From: an uncultured Actinomycetes bacterium
GTDB lineage: Bacteria > Actinomycetota > Actinomycetes > S36-B12 > CAIYMF01
DNA: 32,000 nt
Assembly: GCA_963843975.1 (NCBI GenBank)
Contig: CAWJMG010000003.1
Location: forward strand, 1,980,001 to 2,012,000
Reading direction: 5' to 3'
Each line of letters starts with the position of its first letter. Positions within the stretch are counted from its first letter, which is position 1. The notes below the pieces were generated by a model. The model was not told where the DNA came from, made no database searches, and saw only the letters and a program-made list of their open reading frames with translations. Positions 17,214-25,363 of this stretch are shown here, one piece after another. The position numbers were made by a program, and so were the translations under genes.

Positions 17214-18222
17214 ATGGCGTCCCGCGACGAGCACGCGCGCCCCTCCGGCGGCCGCCCGGCCGCGCTGCTCGCGGTGCGGATCACCCCGGCGGACGTCGGC
17301 CGCCGCGTCACCGTCCGGCACCGCACCGACGACGGGATGCTCACCGACGTCGTCGGCGTGCTGCGGTCCTGGGCCGGCGGCACGCTGCTCGTGGAGCGCC
17401 GGACAGGTGCGCTGGCAGAGGTGCCCGAGGGGGACGTCGTGGCCGCCAAGGTGGTCGCGCCCGAGGTCTCGGCCGAGGCCGTGCAGCGGGTGGCGCAGGC
17501 CGGCTGGCCGCCGTTCGAGACCGCCGCGCTCGGCGAGTGGGAGCTGCGCGCCTCGGGCGGCCTCACCGGCCGCGCCAACTCGGTGCGGGTGGTCGGCGAC
17601 CCCGGAGTGCCGCTCGACGAGGCGCTCGCACGCGTGGTCGCCTGGTACGGCGAGCGCGCGCTGCCGCCGATCCTGCAGCTGCCCGAGCCGAGCCGCTGGG
17701 ACGACGACCTGGAGCGCCTCGGGTGGGCGGCGGCGCGGCGCACCACCGTCCGCACGGTCGTCACCTCCGACCTCGTGTCCGCGGCGGGCGACCTCCCGGC
17801 CGACGTGCGAGCCGAGCTGCACGACCGATCCGAGCGCCGAGGTGCTGGCGCTCGTCGAGCCGTCGCTGGATCCGGACGGCCTCGCCCGCATCCTCACCGC
17901 GCCGGCCGAGCGGGCGTTCGTCGCCCTGCGCGAGGCGGACGGCGGTCTCGTCGCGGCCGGTCGCGCGAGCACCGCGGCGTCCCCGGTGGGCCGGTGGGCG
18001 GGGATCACGAGCGTGGCCGTGGCGGAGCCTGCGCGCCGGCGCGGCCTCGGCACGGCGGTGATGGGCGAGCTGGGCAGGTGGGCCGCGGCTGCGGGCGCGG
18101 GCACGACGTACCTCCAGGTGATGGCCGCCAACGCGCCGGCCATCGCCCTCTACGAGCGGCTCGGATTCACGCTGCACCACGCCTACTGCTACCGCTCCCC
18201 CGGCCCGATCTCCCCCCGCTGA
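17214..18222 (+). pseudogene. two-domain GNAT N-acetyltransferase, frame broken by a 1-nt insertion near 17826-17830
   Basis: The N-terminal part from the ATG at 17214 (RBS aagggg) reads well up to ...DLPADVRAELHDR and then becomes Arg/Gly junk. The +1 frame (track ORF 17407..18222) continues PSAEVLALVEPSLDPDGLARIL...ITSVAVAEPARRRGLGTAVMGELGRWAAAAGAGTTYLQVMAANAPAIALYERLGF, which holds the acetyl-CoA motif RRRGLG. Confidence 0.75.
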
Positions 18223-18238
18223 CACCCCCACGCTCAAC

Positions 18239-19393
18239 CTGATCAATCCGTCGGCGGTCTCAAGCGGCTGTTGCACCGAGGACCTCGGTGAGGGCCTCGC
18301 GGGGAGTCTTCCAGTCCAGGGTCATGCGCGGTCGGGTGTTGAGGCTGGGGGCGACGGCGTCGCAGTCGGCCTGGGTCAGTCCGCGCATGTCGGCGCCCTT
18401 GGGCCAGTACTGACGCAGCAGCCCGTTGGTGTTCTCGTTGCTGCCTCGTTGCCAGGGTGAGTGCGGGTCGGCGAAGTAGATGTCGATGTCCGCTTCGATG
18501 GCGATCGCCGCGTGCTGGGCCATCTCCTTGCCCCGGTCCCAGGTCAGGGTCTTGCGGATCTGGTCGGGCAGTGAGGCGATCAGCGGGGTGAGGACCTCTT
18601 GGAGGTCGATCGCCTTGTGGGTGTCGGGCAGCGGAGCGAGCAGCACGAACCTGGTCGACCGCTCGACCAGAGTGATCACAGCGCCCTTGCCGATCCCGCC
18701 CATCAGCAGGTCGCCCTCCCAATGGCCCGGAACGGCACGGTCAGCGGCCTCAGCCGGCCGAGCGCTGATCGGGATGGTGCCGACCAGCTTGCCGCGGGTC
18801 TCCTTACGTCCCTGCGGCTTGCGGCTGGTCCGCCCGGTGCGCAGATGCTTGGCCAGCTCGCGGCGAAGCTCGCCGCGAGCCTGCACGAACAGTGACCGAT
18901 AGATCGTCTCGTGGCTCACCCTCATACCGTCCTGGTCGGGATAGAGCTCGGGCAACCGCTGGGCAATCTGCTGCGGGGACCAGTTCGCCTGAAGCAGCCC
19001 CGACACCACCAGCCCCAGGTCCCCGGCGAGCTTGAAACCCTTCGGCCGCCGAGCCGACTCCGTGGCCCGGGCCTGAGCGACCCAGGCGTGATAGACCGCA
19101 GAGCGTCCTCGGGTCCCGCGGCGCGCCGACCCCGCCGGATGCTTGGGCCTGCGATTGGGGCGCGACCCAGAGCCTTGCGACAACTCACGCGCCACGGTGG
19201 TGCGGTGCTTGCCCACCAGTTCGGCGATCTGCGGCACAGACAACCCCTGCCGCATGGCCCGCTCGATCACCCCACGGTCGTGCTCGGTCAACCTCGCTCC
19301 AGGCATCCCAACCTCCAAGCTGCACAAGACCACGTGCAACTACCAGTTGAGAACGCCGTCGTTTCCCGGCCCCGGAAGCGACGGATTGATCAG
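18239..19393 (-). mobile_element. IS30-family insertion sequence (about 1155 bp) with terminal inverted repeats
   Basis: The left end ctgatcaatccgtcg (18239-18253) is the perfect reverse complement of cgacggattgatcag (19379-19393). The IRs may extend 6 bp outward (ctcaac/ctcaca, two mismatches). It contains a single intact transposase ORF. Confidence 0.85.
18260..19306 (-). CDS. IS30 family transposase
   Basis: ATG at 19306 follows RBS ggagg. There is an N-terminal HTH (GLSVPQIAELVGKHRTTVAREL), then WSPQQIAQRL and HWEGDLLMG...TLTWDRGKEM...ADPHSPWQRGSNENTNGLLRQYWPKG, a DDE catalytic core. Confidence 0.9.
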   Translation of the reverse strand: MPGARLTEHDRGVIERAMRQGLSVPQIAELVGKHRTTVARELSQGSGSRPNRRPKHPAGSARRGTRGRSAVYHAWVAQARATESARRPKGFKLAGDLGLVVSGLLQANWSPQQIAQRLPELYPDQDGMRVSHETIYRSLFVQARGELRRELAKHLRTGRTSRKPQGRKETRGKLVGTIPISARPAEAADRAVPGHWEGDLLMGGIGKGAVITLVERSTRFVLLAPLPDTHKAIDLQEVLTPLIASLPDQIRKTLTWDRGKEMAQHAAIAIEADIDIYFADPHSPWQRGSNENTNGLLRQYWPKGADMRGLTQADCDAVAPSLNTRPRMTLDWKTPREALTEVLGATAA

Positions 19394-19461
19394 TGTGAGC
19401 GAGTGGGACACGCCGGGGGCTGTGACGTGCCGATCTCCGCAAGGTGGGTCACGATCGGCAC

Positions 19462-20295
19462 ATGAGTGCTGCCTCGCGCGAGCGCTTCGCCGACGTCGTC
19501 CGCCTGGGCGGCGCCGCGGGCGACCCGGACGACGTGCGCCTCGACCTCGCCCTGCTGCTGATCTCCGCCGAGGCCCTGCCGGACGACGTCTCCGGCGACA
19601 CCCTGGAGACCCTGCTCATGCGCGGCGTCTCAGACCTCGACGCCCTCGCCGAGGAGGTGCCGACGGACGGCCGCGACGACCAGCGCCTGCGCAGCGTGCT
19701 CGGCGGCTTCAGCGGCGAGTCCTCGGACTACGCCCGGCTCGAGTCGAGCCTGCTCACCGACGTCCTGAAGCGGCGTCGCGGCCTGCCGATCCTGCTGTCG
19801 AGCGTGTGGACCGAGGTGGCCCGCCGCGTCGACGTGCCGGCGTACGGCGTCGGGCTCCCCGGCCACTTCGTCGTGGGCGTCGGCGACCCCGACGGCAACC
19901 GCGTGCTCGTCGATCCGTTCGAGGGTGGCCGGCTGCTGCCCTACGACACCGCCCGCTCGATCGCCGAGCGAACCGGGCGCTCGCTGCGGCCCGAGCACCT
20001 GCGGCCGCACGACCCGATCGACACCCTCGACCGCGTGCTGACCAACATCCGCGCGTGGGCGAGCACGCCCGAGCGCGCATGGCACCGGCTCTGGGCGGTC
20101 GAGCTCGCGCTCCTGCTGCCGCGCCACGACCTCGGGCTGCGCCGCGAGCACGGCGAGGCGCTGATCAGCGTGGGTCGGTACTCCGAGGCCTCACGCGTGC
20201 TCGAGGAGTACGCCGAGACCGTGGAGGGCCCGATGCCGCTCGAGGCCGAGCACGCCCGCCGCGTCGCCCGCCAGGCCCGCTCGCGCCTCAACTAG
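19462..20295 (+). CDS. transglutaminase-like/TPR protein (SirB1 family)
   Basis: The sequence reads SSLLTDVLKRRRGLPILLSSVWTEVARRVDVPAYGVGLPGHFVVGV...VDPFEGG, followed by a TPR-like tail. I chose the ATG at 19462; the GTG at 19444 is an alternative start. Confidence 0.7.
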   Translation: MSAASRERFADVVRLGGAAGDPDDVRLDLALLLISAEALPDDVSGDTLETLLMRGVSDLDALAEEVPTDGRDDQRLRSVLGGFSGESSDYARLESSLLTDVLKRRRGLPILLSSVWTEVARRVDVPAYGVGLPGHFVVGVGDPDGNRVLVDPFEGGRLLPYDTARSIAERTGRSLRPEHLRPHDPIDTLDRVLTNIRAWASTPERAWHRLWAVELALLLPRHDLGLRREHGEALISVGRYSEASRVLEEYAETVEGPMPLEAEHARRVARQARSRLN

Positions 20296-20334
20296 CGTGA
20301 CGCGCACGCCAAGCTGGACACACGAGGGGGACCA

Positions 20335-21529
20335 GTGATCGGGACGCCGCCCACCATGCCGGCTCTCCGCGAGGTGGACGGCGTGCGCGCCCTCCACCTC
20401 GACGGCACGGGCGTGACGACCGTGACGCTGTGGATCGGTGCAGGTCTGGTCGACGAGACGTTCCGTTCCACGGGACTGGCTCACCTCGCGGAGCACGTGG
20501 TGATGCGCGCCCTGGGTCGAAGCACCGTGATGCACAACGCCACCACGTGGCCTGGGATGACGGAGATCTGGGTCCGCGGGCCGGCTGCCCAGGTAGCCGA
20601 GGCCATGGCGCGGATCTGCGAGGGCATCCGAGACGCGGCACGCGGGCTCGACCCGTCCACGGTCGCGGACGAGACACGCATCCTCGTGGCCGAGGGCGCG
20701 CCGGCATCCACCCTCTTCCACCCGCTCTACGAGCGGTACGGCCTGAGTGGCCCGGGGCTCCTCGCGATTCCGCCTGTCGCACCGCAGACGCTGACGGCTG
20801 ACGACGTCGCACGGTGGGTGTCCTCGTACTACGTGGCCTCGAACGTGGTCGTCACGGTTCTGGGTCCTTGGCCTGACAGCCTCCACCTGGAACTGCCCAC
20901 CGGCGTAGCAGCGCCCCGCGCGGAGGCGGTACCCCTCCCGGGCAGGACGTTGCCCGCCCAGTTGTCGCTCCCTGGATACCCGGGCGTCGCACTTCAGTGG
21001 CTCCGCCCGAGGGCAGAGGGTCACAGCGCGTTCGACCGCATCGTTGCCGACCGTCTCCACACCCGCCTGCGCACCGAGCTGGGCCAGTCGTACTCCGTGA
21101 CCCTCGAGACTCTCCCCGTCGATCGTCGGGATGTCGCGGTGACGATCGGGCTCGACTGCGCCCCGGGGGCCGAGGGCGAGGTGGCGCAGCAGTCGATCGC
21201 GGAAGCTTCTGCAACTGGCTGACGAAGGTCCCGATCCTGAGGACCTCGAGCACGACGCAGCGACCCTCGAGACGCTTCTCCTCGATCCCGAGTTCGGCGG
21301 CGCCATCCTCGCCACGGAGGCAGCTCGGCTCATCGAGCCGTTCGCGGACCCCCTGACCGGCCACACGCCACGTGATGCCGCCTTGCTGCCGACATCGATC
21401 CGCGCGCTGACGCAGCGCGTCGCACGGGAGAAGCTACCGGCGTGCGGTCGAGACCCTGGTAGTCGTCCACGGGGCCGGCGCGCCTATCGCCGCCCCGGCA
21501 CGTCTCGTGGATCTGCCCTCAGTGCCTGA
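20335..21529 (+). pseudogene. M16 (insulinase/pitrilysin) family peptidase-like gene, at least one and probably two frame disruptions
   Basis: Frame A (20335..21222) carries the inverted zinc motif GLAHLAEHVVM (HxxEH). From about 21203 the sequence continues sensibly only in the next frame (KLLQLADEGPDPEDLEHDAATLETLLLDPEFGGAILATEAARLIEPF...IRALTQRVARE). After about 21431 sense moves to a third frame (YRRAVETLVVVHGAG). GC3 is lower than in flanking core genes. Confidence 0.6.
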
Positions 21530-21854
21530 TTGCGTCCAGGGGGCGATCGAGGGAACGCCCCTAGGACGGAGGCTCTTCCGGGGAGTGCGACGCGGCGTGC
21601 GCATCGTGTGGAACCCCACAACCCTGGCGATCGGGTCCGGCACGACGTGGCACGTCGTCGCGATCGGGGACGTCGTCGGGCTGGGTGTGGCGGGATCGGC
21701 ACGACAGGTGGTCTCGCGCAGCGGTTGCTCCATCGACGTCGACCCCCGCCACTTCCGCGGAACAGACGCGCTTGTCGCCCACCTCGACCAGCGCATCGAC
21801 GCCGCCCTTCGTTTCCCCGATGACCGCGGGCCGACCCCCGTTCGGCACGGATAA
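21507..21854 (+). CDS. hypothetical protein (115 aa), or C-terminal continuation of the degraded M16-like gene
   Basis: This is a track ORF from a GTG. It is in the same frame as the third segment of the M16-like gene, and that frame is open from about 21413. The composition is protein-like, but I recognise no family. Confidence 0.35.
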   Translation: MDLPSVPDCVQGAIEGTPLGRRLFRGVRRGVRIVWNPTTLAIGSGTTWHVVAIGDVVGLGVAGSARQVVSRSGCSIDVDPRHFRGTDALVAHLDQRIDAALRFPDDRGPTPVRHG

Positions 21855-21865
21855 GTCGTCTCATC

Positions 21866-21888
21866 ATTCGGAAAGTTCTGTCCCGAAT
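21866..21888 (+). promoter_or_regulatory. AT-rich inverted repeat upstream of the methyltransferase gene
   Basis: The repeat attcgg-N11-ccgaat sits inside the most AT-rich stretch I noticed in the window. It is followed by tagtggtact (-10-like) and the ATG at 21915. Confidence 0.3.
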
Positions 21889-21914
21889 AGTGGTACTCGC
21901 TGCATGCTGCTCCC

Positions 21915-22691
21915 ATGAGCGCACAGCAGTGGGATGCAGCCGGGTACGACGCCGAGTTCTCCTTCGTCACGTCGTACGGCGACGTGCTGCTCGACCTGCT
22001 CGCCGCGCAGCCCGGTGAGCGCATCCTCGACATCGGCTGCGGCACAGGGCATCAGGCAGCCGCCCTGGCTGCCGCGGGAGCCGAGGTGGCCGGCATCGAC
22101 GCCGATGCGGCGATGCTCGAGATCGCGCGCCGCGACCACCCCGAGGTGCGGTTCGAGCAGGTCGACGCGCAGGACGGTGCCACCCTCGCGGCGACAGTCG
22201 GCGACGGCTACGACGCCGTGCTCTCCAACGCTGCGCTGCACTGGATGCCGCGACAGGACGACGTCGTCGCCGGGATCGCCGGCGTGCTCCGCCCAGGCGG
22301 GCGGCTCGTGGTCGAGATGGGCGGTGCCGGCAACGTCGCGCGGACGACGGCCGCGATCCGTGCGGGGCGCGTGGCGGTGGGCCTGCCCCCTGAGGTGCCG
22401 AGCAGCTGGACCTTCCCCTCGCCCGGCGAGCAGGCGTCACGGCTCGAGCGACACGGCTTCACCGTGCGCAGCGTCGCGCTGATCGACCGGCCGACACCGC
22501 TGGCGGACGGCGTCACGACCTCCGGCTGGGCGGCGATGTTCGGCGCACGGCTCGTGCAGGACGTGCCCGCGGACCGCCGTGCGGACTTCGACGCCGCCGT
22601 CGACGCGCACGCCCGCACCCTCGACCTCGACGGCCCCGAGGGCTGGTGGGCCGACTACACGCGGCTGCGCTTCACGGCCGTCCTCACCTAG
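21915..22691 (+). CDS. class I SAM-dependent methyltransferase (trans-aconitate methyltransferase-like)
   Basis: Track ORF of 258 aa reading ERILDIGCGTGHQAAALAAAGAEVAGIDADAAML...AVLSNAALHWM...LRPGGRLVVEMG. Confidence 0.85.
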   Translation: MSAQQWDAAGYDAEFSFVTSYGDVLLDLLAAQPGERILDIGCGTGHQAAALAAAGAEVAGIDADAAMLEIARRDHPEVRFEQVDAQDGATLAATVGDGYDAVLSNAALHWMPRQDDVVAGIAGVLRPGGRLVVEMGGAGNVARTTAAIRAGRVAVGLPPEVPSSWTFPSPGEQASRLERHGFTVRSVALIDRPTPLADGVTTSGWAAMFGARLVQDVPADRRADFDAAVDAHARTLDLDGPEGWWADYTRLRFTAVLT

Positions 22692-22715
22692 TGGTGCGAC
22701 CGGGCCGGACGACGA

Positions 22716-24554
22716 TCAGGTGGCGGACGGAGACGGGGACTTGGACGTCGACGGCTTGGGCGTCGGCGACTTGGAGCCCGAGCCGGACGGCGACGGAGAC
22801 GGCGACGGGGTCGGCTTGTCCTTCGGATCGGTGCCGCAGATCACGGTCGGCGAGGGGCGGTAGCGGGTGGTGATCTTCTCCCGCTTGACCTCCTTGCCGT
22901 CCTTGATGAAGACGCGGAACACGTCGATCGTGAAGCCCTGCTGGCCGCCCTGCGCGCGGCACGTGGGCGACGGGTCGTAGAGGGTGTCGAACGGCACGAT
23001 GTTGCGCTTGGCGCTCGACACGGCCTGGATGTCGTCGTAGACCTTGGTGCCCCACATCGTGACCGTGAGGGACGTCCTGGTCATGATCGTGGTGATGTAG
23101 ACGCCGTCCGGGGTGTCGTTCTTGAACTTCATGTCGAACGCGCCCCAGGCCACCGTGGCCTCGAGGCCGGCGCGGTAGCGCGGGATCCAGATCGAGTGGG
23201 CCTGGGTGTAGACGCGCTCGAGGCCGGAGTAGAACGCCGCCGACCAGGCTGTGGTCGCCGAGGCCGACACGCCGCCGCCCTGGTCCTCCTTGAACACGCC
23301 GCCAGGCCCGATGACGAAGCCCTTGGTGTAGCCGTTGGCGACGGTGCGCTCCTTGATCACCTTGTTGAGCGAGAACACCTCGCCCGGCTTCAGGAGCGTG
23401 CCGTTGATGTACTTGCCGGCCTGGCCGATGTTCTGGAAGCGGTAGGCGGCGTACGGGAAGTTCTGGGTGAACGAGCCGAGCTTCTCGACCACGTTGAGGG
23501 CCTTGGCCTGCTCGGTGGTGAGCTTGGGCTCGATCGTGCCGAGAGCGGGTGTGACCACCCGTGCGGCGGCGTCGGTGCTGCCCATGACGGCCGCGACGGC
23601 GGTCGCGAGATCGTCCGGGTTGATGCCGGTGCCCACCTTGGACGGGACGACGACGGGCTTGCCGCTCGAGACGTTCCAGGTGGCGTCGCGGCCGGGCTTC
23701 TCGACGGGCGCGAGCTCGTCCTCGATCGACGTCCGCAGGATCGCTCCGTCGAGCGAGCCGACGAGGTCGCCGCCCACCGGCGCGAAGGCCAGCGCGCGAC
23801 CGATCGCCTCCGCGGGGATGTCCGCCGTGACCTTGCCGGCCTTGACCGTCACGGGTGCCGCGATGGCGGCCTTGGCGACGAGGAGGGCGGCGTCGGCCTT
23901 GTCCTGCGGGACCGACGGCGTGGTCTCGATCTCCGGCAGCGCGACGGTGTCGGTGGTCACGAGGTACGCGTCGGCGAGGGCCTGCGCGGCGGCGGGCTGG
24001 TCCATCGCGCGGCCGTTGGAGCCGTTGACGAGGACGGCCTCGGAGCCGCGCACCTCGATCGAGGGCTCGACGGGAGCGGAGTCGGAGTCGGCGGCGAGCT
24101 GCTTCACCGCGGCGTCGAGCGCACCCTGGTCGACACCGGTGACCGGCGTGATGGTGGGGCCGCCGGTGAACTGGGTGATGAGCGTGACGGGGTTCCAGAT
24201 GCGGCCGGCGTAGCCGTCGACCGTCGCCGCGGCGTCGAAGGTGAGGCCGGCGTCGGCCGGGACGATGCTGACGCTGTCCTCGCCGATCGTGGCGTTGATG
24301 GGGTCGGTCGCGCGCGGACCGAGCTCGGTCTCCAGCTTCGCCGCCGCCTGCTCCTCGGAGAGGCCTCCTACCTCGACGCCCAGCACCTTGGCGCCGCGCG
24401 GCAGACCGTCGCCGCTGGCCGCCACGAGCGCGGCGTAGAACGCACCGACGAGCAGCACGGCGATGCCGCCCCACAGCAGGAGCCGCCGCCATCCGCCGGA
24501 GCGGTGCTCCGGCACGGTGGGGTCGGGGGCGATCGGGTCGGTCGTGGCAGTCAC
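22716..24554 (-). CDS. VanW family protein (N-terminal TM, VanW domain, G5-like domain, Pro/Ser-rich C-terminal tail)
   Basis: GTG at 24554, with TM WRRLLLWGGIAVLLVGAFYAALVAA. The VanW core reads QNFPYAAYRFQNIGQAGKYINGTLLKPGEVFSLNKVI...GGGVSASATTAWSAAFYSGLE. The tail is PKDKPTPSPSPSPSGSGSKSPTPKPSTSKSPSPSAT. Confidence 0.85.
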   Translation of the reverse strand: MTATTDPIAPDPTVPEHRSGGWRRLLLWGGIAVLLVGAFYAALVAASGDGLPRGAKVLGVEVGGLSEEQAAAKLETELGPRATDPINATIGEDSVSIVPADAGLTFDAAATVDGYAGRIWNPVTLITQFTGGPTITPVTGVDQGALDAAVKQLAADSDSAPVEPSIEVRGSEAVLVNGSNGRAMDQPAAAQALADAYLVTTDTVALPEIETTPSVPQDKADAALLVAKAAIAAPVTVKAGKVTADIPAEAIGRALAFAPVGGDLVGSLDGAILRTSIEDELAPVEKPGRDATWNVSSGKPVVVPSKVGTGINPDDLATAVAAVMGSTDAAARVVTPALGTIEPKLTTEQAKALNVVEKLGSFTQNFPYAAYRFQNIGQAGKYINGTLLKPGEVFSLNKVIKERTVANGYTKGFVIGPGGVFKEDQGGGVSASATTAWSAAFYSGLERVYTQAHSIWIPRYRAGLEATVAWGAFDMKFKNDTPDGVYITTIMTRTSLTVTMWGTKVYDDIQAVSSAKRNIVPFDTLYDPSPTCRAQGGQQGFTIDVFRVFIKDGKEVKREKITTRYRPSPTVICGTDPKDKPTPSPSPSPSGSGSKSPTPKPSTSKSPSPSAT

Positions 24555-24788
24555 AGGTGAGTCCAAGGATCGTCGGCGTCGTCGTCCCGACCTTCGACCG
24601 AGCCGCGGACCGCGGCGTCCGGGAGGGTCGCGTGGCACGCGACGGGTACCCCCAGGGTAGAGGCTCCCCGGGGATGCTCTGTATTCCGAGAGATGCGACG
24701 CGCCGCCCCGCGGCACGGTTCCGTCCTACATGCGGGCAGAGTCACCCGGTCCTCACGCTGCGCGCACGGCCGCGCGGATTCCGGACGG

Positions 24789-25316
24789 TCAACGGCCGGA
24801 AGGGTCACCGAGCGTGCCGTATCCGCTGGCGAAGTACAGCAGCGGGCGGCCTTCCGGGCGGGCGAGATCGAGGCCGACGACGCGGCCGACCACGATGTCG
24901 TGGTCACCGGCGCGGTGGACCGCCTCGGTGACGCACTCGAGCGTCGCGAGGCAGCCGTCGAGCAGGAGCGCGCCGTTCTCGACAGAGCGGCGGGTGGGCG
25001 TCGTGTCGAACTGGCCGACGAGCGGGCGGCCGCTCGTGGCGAACCACGTCGCCCGTCCCCGCTGGCCCTCCTCGAGCACGCTGACGTTCCAGGCGCCGGC
25101 GTGCAGCACGGCCTCGTGGAAGCGCGACTCGGTCTCGACGCACACGAGCACGAGCGCGGGGTCGAGGGAGACCGACGCGAAGGAGTTCGCCGTCATCGCA
25201 TGGTCGACGCCGTCCTGGACGCACGTCACCACCGTCACCCCGGTGGCGAACCTGCCCATGACCGTGCGGAAGTGGTCGGCCCGTACCGGGCCCGTGCCGA
25301 TCTCCGCCGCGCTCAT
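24789..25316 (-). CDS. flavin reductase family protein (NAD(P)H-FMN oxidoreductase, RutF/HpaC-like)
   Basis: Track ORF of 175 aa reading FRTVMGRFATGVTVVTC...MTANSFASVSLDPALVLVCV...GDHDIVVGRVV. Confidence 0.85.
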   Translation of the reverse strand: MSAAEIGTGPVRADHFRTVMGRFATGVTVVTCVQDGVDHAMTANSFASVSLDPALVLVCVETESRFHEAVLHAGAWNVSVLEEGQRGRATWFATSGRPLVGQFDTTPTRRSVENGALLLDGCLATLECVTEAVHRAGDHDIVVGRVVGLDLARPEGRPLLYFASGYGTLGDPSGR

Positions 25317-25363
25317 AAGGCAACCCTAACTTGTGCTGCGGCCGGTGGCCTGGCCGGCGGTCC

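Noticed and set aside
17117-19342. A shared 12-mer, ccacgtgcaact, lies in the fdxA leader (17114-17125) and in the IS30 transposase leader (19331-19342). Both copies sit about 20-23 nt from a start codon.
   Set aside because: A rough estimate gives dozens of exact 12-mer coincidences between any two places in a 32-kb window counted on both strands. There is no extended similarity around it.
22716-22830. Repetitive gacgg/ggaga DNA lies at the 3' end of the VanW gene.
   Set aside because: It is coding low-complexity sequence (a Pro/Ser/Thr/Gly linker, PSPSPSPSGSGS) in frame with VanW. It is not a CRISPR-like or non-coding tandem repeat.
24555-24788. The 234-nt leader upstream of the VanW gene has local palindromes (cgcgtgccacgcg, ccgcggtccgcgg). 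I considered a cyclic-di-AMP (ydaO-type) riboswitch, which often precedes actinobacterial cell-wall genes.
   Set aside because: Only vague fragments (GGGGAGCC, GGGGGUACCCG) resemble my recollection of the motif. I cannot reconstruct the pseudo-symmetric fold by eye. It needs Infernal/Rfam RF00379 before any claim.
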